From Tubulanus polymorphus (lineage: Eukaryota > Animalia > Nemertea), in assembly GCF_964204645.1 (NCBI RefSeq), contig NC_134028.1, positions 1,860,001 to 1,924,000 on the forward strand: 64,000 bases of DNA, given 5' to 3'. Position numbers and translations under genes: made by a program. This document shows, piece after piece, positions 54,460-64,000 of this stretch (positions are counted from its first letter, which is position 1; each line of letters starts with the position of its first letter). Below the pieces are notes generated by a model. It searched no databases, was not told the origin of the DNA, and worked only from the letters and a program-made list of their open reading frames with translations.

Positions 54460-55571
54460 CAACAAGGAATATACGTTTGTTTTATGTATGGGGATTTATT
54501 TAGAACATTATTACAATACCGAGAGACACTTTTAACAATATAGTCATAGACGTTTTTGAACCATTTTGTGGAAATATGAAACAATATCAAATATACAATG
54601 TACATGTAGACAAGATATACAAAATATTGTTTTGATTCTTTTTCATAGTTAAAACACATCAAGGTAAAAGTGAATCTAGCATATATAATAATACCAGTAT
54701 ATTATTAATACGGTCAGTAATTTGAGTGAGATTTTTAAAGTCTACCACAAAAATAACCTCAATAATTATTGATATCTGAATTCTATATTTGCCAATAGTG
54801 TAGATTCCTAGATACAGGGTTCCAAATACCAGTCCCTACTGAACTAAGTCAATCAGACCATTCAACTGCGTGTTACTACATCTACTCATCCATAACATGC
54901 AGTAATTATCATTTCACTTAGAAAATTAATTATCTTTATCATCCCATGTTACTTGTAGTAATTGAAATGCATTTAGACTACATGGTATCTGCCAATAATT
55001 GATAAATGGCTGATTTTCCTGTCAATAAACAAGAAATTGTTAAGACTTTAGCTGATTTTTTATATATGACTGAAAAGATTTGTTTCATGTATTGAATCAG
55101 GCTGCTAAGCTTCAAATGAAGTATTACATGTACTACTACCCTGTAATTGGAACTTAACAAATGCATGGAATATAAGAATTGACGGTTCGATTATCACTGA
55201 AAATAACTTTCAACTGTCAATATACATTAAAACGTTTCATTATTGTTTTTAAAATTCAATGTCTAAGAGTTGCACCGTTCATTTACATAATTTATGCAAC
55301 AAAAACGTCATCAAATTAATTTCTATGACATGTAGATGCTATGTACAGTTAACATTATATCATGCGCATTTATGTTAACAAAAATATATTGACCATATCC
55401 ATGAAAATATATCGAGTAATTTCATTTTCTTGAAACATTTTGTAATTGTGCTGGATCACTCGTCGACTCGTCGCATTGGATTCCGCAGATGCGGTAACTG
55501 TTTAATTAGCTGCAAGTGGGACGTTTATTTGGGCAGGGGTGTAAGCAGTGGTTGGTTGACACCAGTGAAGT

Positions 55572-55944
55572 TTACTTTTCTTTGATGCGAACTCTGCGCT
55601 CTTTCGACGTTCGAACCATCGGTTCCAACTCTTCTTCCACTCCGTCGTCCTCGTCAACTTTCACCTCGAGCGGAGTTTCGAGAAGGTCGTTTGCCTTTTT
55701 CATTTTCTCCGCCTTCTCCGCTTTCTCCTGAGCGTCCTGGCTTTTCATGTACTGGGCGTACGCGTATGCACGAGACCCACCACCTCCCCTGGCCCCAGCC
55801 CCTGTGCAAAACCTGGTCATTGTCACGCAACACACGATTACGAATACAAGTGAACCTGTGCCCATTCCGACGACGGCCTCAATTGGCCACGCCGGGCGTT
55901 CATGGTGACTCACCGTGCACTCGGCACCTTGTAATATATAACCT
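55572..55944 (-). CDS. Distal alternative terminal exon B of the TPM/MOLO-1-like gene (juxtamembrane + TM + cytoplasmic tail)
   Basis: Acceptor ttttcttttgcag is in phase 2, like exon A. The exon encodes GYILQGAECTVSHHERPAWPIEAVVGMGTGSLVFVIVCCVTMTRFCTGAGARGGGGSRAYAY...RVRIKEK*, clearly paralogous to exon A. Confidence 0.8.
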
Positions 55945-56954
55945 CTGCAAAAGAAAAATTATCAACTTCATCATGTAATATCCTTTTTTCACGCTGTAGA
56001 AAATCATCAACATATAAATCAACATTATCGCATGTAATAATTTTTTAAAGAATTTTTAGGTTCGTTAGTAAGTATAATATTGATTGAAACATAAATCCAT
56101 TTATATGATATTCTACGAGGAGTTTCTTATCGTCGACGACTGGTGACAACAAATGCGCTTTTGGTTATTTACAACATTAGGACTTGGCTTTGAATATATA
56201 GAAGACAAGGGGAAGGGGAGACTGTAACAAGACAACGAATTGTTTCAACATCATTCGCCACAAATCCATACATGCAAAGGGGTTTTTATATTGTAAAATG
56301 GCCTAACGATGTGTTATATTTTTTCTTTTGTTTTTGACCCCAGACTATCCCTAAGTCAGTTGCACGACTATAACAAAGACCTTGATTGCATTTTGGCTTA
56401 GACAATAATTCATAACCGATCCTGTCCAACCTTTTACATCACTAAGAAATAAATACCCTCGCCTTTTTTCAAATCCAAATACTGTGTTTTGTTTAAATGT
56501 ACAGGTAGAATTAAAAATAATTTTTACATGAAACATTCTTTGCTGTATCATACACTGTTTGGCACCATTCTTAGTAGTAAAACATTACTTATATATTTAT
56601 ATATTCTTAACGAGAAAATGACCATTATTCATGTTTTTTAAATATGATATATATGTTTCTTTATGAAAGCATGGCTTATGTACAGATTATTGTACATAGA
56701 AAACTAATATCTATTTTGAATAACCGGATAACAGATGCACAATCCCATCAGGGCTATTTATAGATAGATATATACTAAATTGATACGTATATTGCAAAGT
56801 TCCCGGACTCATAAATAACTCACCATCTTTCGTCATTGCAAGTATATGGTAAGAATTGCTTTAACCAATAATTAACTTTTAACAAATAGAACTATTCAAA
56901 TTCTAAACATATATACACTTAAGTATAGTAAGTCTGGTATTTCGCTACAGTTAT

Positions 56955-59537
56955 CTATACAGGAAACGGAATTATTTCAGAACACGACGGTTTAGTTTCC
57001 AGTTTAATCACCGATGCTTTTTCCGCTTCGTTATTTTCGAGCATCATGGCTAACATTGTCGCCGTCTCCTGATCCTGTTGTAGTTTACTTTTATCCACCG
57101 AACCGTCCAGCGTTTGAAACGACTTTTGTTCATCTTTCGCTTTCAACGAAGCGCGATTCTGTTGTTCCATGTAGTTCTTGTAATATCGCGCGCGCGATCC
57201 TCCGCCGCTGCTGCTCCCTGCGCCAGAACAAAACCGAGTCAACGTAACAACACAAACGACAAAAAATGATAGACAACCGAATATCATTCCTAAAATGGCC
57301 TCTAATGGCCAGTTTTCATGCTTGAGCATATTTTGACCAACGATACACGGCGATCCGTCTGTGATGTAAGTTCTGTAAGGGAAGAAAAGTATCGTTTGCA
57401 AGAGCATTTCGATTAAAATGGCCCAGAATAATTCTGCGAATTGACATTGTTTTTATTGAGAATGATGACATCATATGGAAATTAGCTGATTTCTTTGCAA
57501 ACATTACAGTGTTTGTGACTCAAACAACTCAATCAATCAAAACATGCATATTCTAAATGTGTTGATATGTGTCTAGAAAAAATGCTTAGATTTGCATAAA
57601 ATTGTGAGATTCAAAAGTGAACTTTGCTAAAGATGCTTCTAAAACGTGCAATGATTCTGGTGCGTGTCAAGAATATATACGTGAAACGTAGTATCTTTAA
57701 AAAACGGAACCAGTTTCACAAAAAATTATAGTTAGTAATGAAAACCATGCCCTGCATTATCAGTGACATCATCTCTTTGTGCAACTGGCCCCGACGAAGA
57801 CAAATCTTGAAACTGTATGCCTTTAAACTCGGTAAAACAGATGTGTTCGTCAAAGAGCAAATTTTACAAAATTATAAGTGATCGTTGAAATCTTTTTCGT
57901 TACAAAATTCCTCTCTCTCAACTTGACTCAAAAATGCGCTAACATGAACTTCAAAATAACATCATATAGTGTGAAAAGAGCGTTAGATCTGAAATTCATG
58001 CCAGTTAAAATTCATAACTCTAGAAAAATCATGCTTTAAATGTGTAAAAGTGCATCATAATGAAAATGTGTTTAACTTCACCTAGAGACAAGGCAGTGAT
58101 AAAATTGACTGATGCTGATAACTCGACTACTCGAGTACATGTTCATGCAGTTCTTTGTGTTTGATGTTTGTCAAAGAAATATCAATTAGGATATGGTTTA
58201 TAGGGATCAACGACACAATGTGGGCTACAAAATGAACATCAGGTAATTTCAAAGGGTCAACCACCATCACCATCACCATTACCACACCATCGAGGTTCGT
58301 ATCAGTGAAACAATTAACGGTGAGGAAACCGAAAATTACTCGGTCAAATGGAATAGATCAAATTTTGATCACATGATATCCTGATAAGAACCTCTTATCA
58401 AATATATAAGCCGCGATCACACGGAGACGATTTGGCCCGAGAAAAATTGGTACGGATCAGGCCCGAGTAAAATTTTCAATCAAAGTCAGACGTTTTTGGT
58501 CGGGCCAAAAATGCTCGCCTGATCGCGGCTATAGAAAGGGTAAAAAGCTAAACGATACTTTCCACACATTCTAGCGAATGGTAAATGCATTTTCAAAAAG
58601 AGCAGTAGAATGAATACTAGTAATGAATACTAGTAATGAATACTAGTAATGAATACTAGTAATGAATACTAGTGATGAAGACTTTACTATAACAGCAACT
58701 GGAAAGTGAGGAAAGTAGTCGTAGTAACTGGTTGCAGTACATCGCATCACAGTGGTTTCATCGCAAAACATTGCCCAGCAGGGCGAGTGAAGAATTATAT
58801 AAGTATCTCAATTTTCAGTTGATTTCCTAAATTTTGCGTGAAATTATCTACTTAGAACTAGTTTTGCCCACTGTGCGAAGGTTGTACGCATCATTACATC
58901 AGTACCTGAATTGATCTAACAACGACAGGAGTCCCGCTGTATGATTGCCACTTTGCACCATCTCTCTCGTCAATTCGTCGGCATTCTGCAGGCATTGACG
59001 CGTCAATTTTTCACGTATAATCGGACCAACTGACGTGTGAACCTGCAAATGGATTCCACAGGGTTCCTGTTATTTACGCCGTGACAAATGAGCCGATTTA
59101 CTCGCTAAGGCGTCCACCAGATGAAAAAGAAACAGTCGCGTAATCGTCGTACATAAATCAACAAGGTGATAGACGAATAACATTATAGCGCGCAGTGGAA
59201 AAACACACAGTTGTTGGAGTCTGCTTCTATGACTGTATCTTAAATCTAGACAATTAATACAACTTTTCTTTCGTAATGTTTTTATGACAAAATCCAATTT
59301 TGATGCAATCAAACTCGACTTAATAATTTCATGAAAACTCTCGGACCATGCAACGTTTCCCGTATATACATATAATATTGACCTTTATATCATTGAAGTA
59401 TATTTACCAGTCCGTCGGATACGGATAATGCAATCACGCCATCGTTTCCACAGAATCCGAATTTCCAGCTGGTTTTACGTAAATAGGAAGCGAATCGCTG
59501 TAGATCCCGAAGTTTCTGTTCTTCATCGAGCGGTGCT
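56955..59537 (-). CDS. TPM-domain (MOLO-1-like) single-pass membrane protein, 3' portion, isoform using proximal terminal exon A
   Basis: Exon 59408-59537 encodes APLDEEQKLRDLQRFASYLRKTSWKFGFCGNDGVIALSVSDGL. Exon 58906-59042 encodes VHTSVGPIIREKLTRQCLQNADELTREMVQSGNHTAGLLSLLDQFR. Exon 56955-57372 encodes TYITDGSPC...WPLEAILGMIFGCLSFFVVCVVTL (TM)...IIPFPV*. The pattern FA..L...W..G.C.N..VI..S..D...TS.G......LT......G....GL resembles the TPM/MOLO-1 family. A candidate upstream phase-2 exon lies at 59996-60058. The N-terminus was not found. Confidence 0.75.
58409..58530. mobile_element. Short MITE, 122 bp
   Basis: TIRs agccgcgatca / tgatcgcggct are flanked by ATA on both sides. It shares cacacggagacgatttggcccg and tttttggtcgggcc with 43215-43446 (opposite orientation). 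Confidence 0.7.
58610..58680. repeat. 13-bp minisatellite (atgaatactagta) x~5
   Basis: Direct tandem copies are visible. Confidence 0.9.
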
Positions 59538-59816
59538 CTACGTACAGATAACACGAACATGTCAGCGAGTTATGGTGAATCAAGCTTATAAAATACAGAA
59601 AGTATCAAGAACCAAAGATATGATTTAATTGTTAGAAATGGTATAATTTCATGATGTTAACCTACAAACTATAGATATTTTCCAACAATTTGGTTTTTGT
59701 TTTAATCTTGAAATGTTTATTCGATTAACTAATCTACACGGGTTTTTCTTGTTTAGCGTGCGATGGAAGTTATCTTAGTGAACCAATGTTCGCCGCAAGT
59801 CGAGAAGATAAACGAA

Positions 59817-59960
59817 GATACGAGAGAAATCCCACAATAAATCAGCCAAAAAGAGAATTCTTAAATAGAAGTGTTTATGTATTTGAGCAACGTATGCATC
59901 ATTAGGCTGAATTGTTGTGGGATTTCTCTCATAAATCTTCGCCGTTCTGCGCAACGTTTC
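59817..59960. mobile_element. Second, internally deleted and inverted-duplicated copy of the 37.2-kb repeat
   Basis: gagagaaatcccacaataaatcagcc...ggctgaattgttgtgggatttctctc forms an inverted repeat. The left arm aligns with 37168-37240. Confidence 0.55.
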
Positions 59961-60920
59961 CCTTATTTTCTATTTGCATACAACATATGATTTACGAAGA
60001 CCTTTCTGAATACGTCAAATGTTCAAATAAGGATAAATCGCCTGTTTCGACGCGGAAACTGAAGAATATGATTTCGATGATTGACCATAAGTTGCCTCGC
60101 TCCACGGGGAATATACGAGGATGTTATCGGCGAGAATACCCCACGTTCTACCAAAGCTACGATGAAGCGGAGAAATGTGGATGAATTTCACGTTGTAACT
60201 GTCAATAACCGCCGCGTGGAAGAAAGCCTGTAGCTCGGGGTTTGTTTTCCATGTGCGATAGAATTTGAAACGCGAAACGTGGAATGCCGTGTTCACGAGA
60301 AATTTGCGTCGTACCGACCTAAATTCGTGAAATCGTAGGGCAGAAATAATTAGTAATTATCTCTAAGATGAATTACGTAGTTCCAGTTTATCTTCATTAC
60401 AAATGTACTGTATCTTGTCATCAGACTATGATTTCATTAAACTACAGTAGTACCGTGGCGTAGACGCTATGGCTTATTTAGCGAATTAGGAAATTCTCCA
60501 GCTAATATTACTGAAATCGCCTCAAGCGTGTCTAGTGATCATTTTGACATGTCGGTGCCAATAACTGTATCAACTGAACCAATAATCCTTCGCACGAGCG
60601 TCAAACGTGTATAAGAGCGGGCAGAAACCTAATCGGATGGTTTTGTGATGGATAGATGGATGAGATTATTTTGACGTCTGGGATGAGAATGTCAGTCGTG
60701 GTACAGCTGCAGTACCGCCATCACTGTGTGACCATGGTTACAATAGATCGTATGAGACCGGAATTCTAATCATTCTTCTTGTGATAACGAGGGTTCTTTT
60801 TTCTTCATACTAAATGACAGTTCATCAGATGTACTAATTTGAACTCTGGAAGGAGTATGGAAATCCTGACATTTCTGATTTTCAATCGCTATAACAATAA
60901 CGATTTATCCATGACTTAAG

Positions 60921-61030
60921 TTTAGTTTAGTTTAGTTTAGTTTATTTGACGAACTCCTCCATTAGATACAAGACAAGTTACAAAGAAAAATACATTCAAT
61001 ATGAGCATGTTAGGAGTTCAAGAAATCCTA
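60921..61030 (-). mobile_element. 3' tail of a truncated LINE/SINE
   Basis: The minus strand has AATAAA followed directly by (CTAAA)4. Confidence 0.4.
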
Positions 61031-61639
61031 AGGATTCGATTGATTAGGTTCATGTAGCTGATGCACGTGAGAAACATTTTGAAATCATCCAGTGGGTTAT
61101 CCTTAGTACTAGGTCTCATGGTTATCATAAGCCCTAATTATGGACAGGTTACGTCTATAAACTGGACAGCAAGCTGAACAACTATCGATAGTAAATGTGG
61201 GTAATTGATGAATTGCGGAGAGCTGTGTGGTGTGTCGAATGGTGTATCTGCGATAAATAACACTCACTTTCCAGTATAATATCTCAGCACCATCACTCAG
61301 CGTTCACATAGCGAACGTCAGCATCATCGGTATCGGTATCATATGAATATTACCGTTTTACGGTTACCGAATGGGTTTCGAATCGATTTCCAATAACTGA
61401 TCAGCTTTTTATCTGTGTAAATCTGTTGAATAGTGCACACGCCCATGTCTTGTCGATGAGTGTTCTAATACTGGCCTATATACGCTTTCGGAATGCTAAT
61501 AACACTAATGAGTTATCGATAACTGTTTTCGCGCTTATATCTATAGTTAATTAAGTGAACATTTTACGAATTTGTTACAAAAAAATAGAATTCGATTATT
61601 CATTTAATTGGTTAAGGGCAACAATGGTCGACTCCAAAT

Positions 61640-61800
61640 GGTTGCCGATTGGCTGACATGGACTGACGATGGTTGACGTAAACACGTTCTGATTGGCCGA
61701 CATTTAAACCAAGGCACCTATATTCAACTCTGATTGGCTAATCTGCCTGAACGTATGGTAATTTGCCGAAATCAACACAGACGCGAGTTCATTGGCTTAT
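61640..61800 (-). promoter_or_regulatory. CCAAT-box (NF-Y) cluster, putative promoter
   Basis: Four same-orientation ATTGG sites at 61648, 61692, 61733 and 61791. All match RRCCAAT(C/G)R on the minus strand. Confidence 0.55.
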
Positions 61801-64000
61801 TTTCACAAAATATAGATTGATGGCTAAAGACACATCTTGAAATTCTGGCACGTGGGTACTTACGCATCACGGGGTACTAATGCTGGAACAACAGCTACGG
61901 CCAGTATATAACCTTGTTCATCAAGTGGACAGTTTGAACATGGACACATAGATTTTTCCATTATTTGCATTAGCATATCATCAATTTCGTCAGCTGAAAA
62001 CATATACATATACCAATAAAAACACCAATCACCCCGCTATATTTCAATCAATTACACATCAACGTCAACGTTATTTGACAATGTGTAAATAACGAAATTC
62101 TTAACTGGCATCGATCTATTTCAGATACCGGGGCCATTGACGAATACTTCGTTGAGGTAGAATTGTCTCCTGCGAGTGGATAGCATTTAACGCCATTTTC
62201 ATATAGTTCCATAACCATCCATTTAGAATTCTTAGAACGGCTCATAAATAAATAAGAATGTCTTTGCAGTGACGTAGTTTTAGCCGAGTTTTCGGACGCT
62301 TGTTGTCACACTGAGGATTATTCCAGAATCGTGACAGCCGTTGTTGCCGTTGTTGTCGTTGTTACCGCTGTTCGTGATTACTCGTAGGATTGATTAGTCT
62401 GAGACTGAGATTAACGCTGCTCGTTACAAGTTCGGGTCTGTTGATTGCCGCCATTTACGTAAGCGCGGTCTTGTGTAAATGCCAATGAATGTAGGAATGG
62501 TCTACTGTAAATACCAATCACGATCTATCTTACTCTCAAAGATAATCATGTTGCTGTTGGTCTTGTATGGAACATGTTTAAGGCCAGTCTCTTGATAATC
62601 ACTCGAATTACGTCTGATCACGGTTATATCATCACGTTATATAGAGGCAATTTCCCGCTACCGAGAGTGTCAATTGACCTCCAACCGTTCCTGGCATTGA
62701 TGTCAAAGAGACAGGGATGGAGTGTAATGAATGAGTACCTCCTGGAGTCGTGCTGTGGAATCAGCCATTAACATAACAAGTACCTAAGACAAACCAAATC
62801 TCACAAACAACGCCGACAGATCTCGATGCGTGCATTAGATACCTCTAGGGTAAATAAAAAGCTTTCATCGAAAATTCATCACCGACGTGACGGTGCATTT
62901 GTTTTATATTTAAGTCTGATATATGAAGAAGGTATTCACTTATTCATACGATTCATTGGTTAACATTCTGTCGCTGTGTTCAAACAATTCAATATATCGG
63001 TTCTTGTATTCGAGACTCGAGACTCGAGAGAGACGTGATCTTCGCAGATTTCACGATACTGATTATAAATGTATGCGGTTTATTCCGTTTTATCACCGAT
63101 CATGAAATATTTGCCGATGGTTTCCTGGAAACGTTGAATAGGTTTAGAACAGGATTTACAAGTGTCGTTCAACAGAATACAGATGAGACGGGCGATCATT
63201 TGTGGACGATAGACGAATCTCTCTAAGAGCATTAGTTCCACTTTATTCCGCCTAACAAGCGCCACTCTGCACATTATTGTGCACATTTTTATTGCATTTA
63301 CTAAGTTTTAAAATCGAGTATTTTGCCACGATTCAGACCACAGGTTCCGTGGTTATTTATTTTCCTATCCGACTTTCTGCCGTCAGCCCATTTATCATTC
63401 ACCTCATTCGAAAATATCGTTATGATTTATCGTTTAAATTACGATGATTTGAACGCGTTGATTGAACGAGTGTCGGATCTCATAGGGCGCTGATTATAGT
63501 TATCCAGCAGTTCTTCGTGAAATCTATAAACGAAAGTCTTGACGAATCATTATCGATGAATTCGCAATCTATCTATCTATCAATATTTAGGATGTGCAGC
63601 AGAGACGCATCGATTCAGAAAGACCCAAAACGCCCTCGGACGCAGATAAATCTATGAAATGAATAAACTAATGTCAAGCATTAGAATGTTCCGATTGCTC
63701 ATGGATTTTGACGAGTGAATATCGAACCAAACTGAAGCTTTTGAATATATTTGTCATCATTGATCTTTCGAATTATGGCTAGTAGGCTGATGTTAGTATG
63801 AATACGTATAGCGGGGACCTAACCTTCGAATGAATAGAACAGATGAATATTTTCTATTCTTACTAAAAAAATGCCATTGTAAAAAATTATTCAGACATTA
63901 TAGGTTATTGATTTTATTGATTGGCAACGGATAGAAAATTTCGTTAAGGTATACTTCCATATATGCCTTCGGTAAATGGCGTCGGGGCAATCAATTATGA

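Noticed and set aside
58610-58680. Regular repeat array considered as CRISPR-like
   Set aside because: Head-to-tail 13-mers with no spacers in a eukaryotic intron make this an ordinary minisatellite.
63080-63286. Minus-strand Cys-containing ORF as the missing TPM N-terminal exon
   Set aside because: It lacks a signal peptide and family motifs, and its splice sites are unconvincing.

Overview
AT-rich, intron-rich eukaryotic DNA from an invertebrate, probably a spiralian (inference from composition, the short 70-110 nt introns and the protein families). Three genes can be assembled by hand from GT-AG sites and reading-frame phase. (1) A ~44-kb minus-strand CAP/SORBS (vinexin-family) gene, CDS 48369->4255, with 30 in-phase coding exons (~1628 aa). 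It encodes PDZ + low-complexity region + SoHo + 3 SH3. It also has a candidate alternative start exon ([10 protein letters not shown], a myristoyl/palmitoyl anchor replacing the PDZ) and a ~4-kb giant exon. (2) A complete plus-strand PMS2 gene, 49566-54459, with 22 coding exons (~923 aa), head-to-head with gene 1. (3) The 3' part of a minus-strand TPM-domain/MOLO-1-like single-pass membrane protein gene with two duplicated, mutually exclusive terminal exons. Introns and flanks hold several MITEs, LINE-like tails and a minimal hammerhead-ribozyme motif of the Penelope-element type. All gene models are manual, and family assignments rely on remembered motifs, not database searches.
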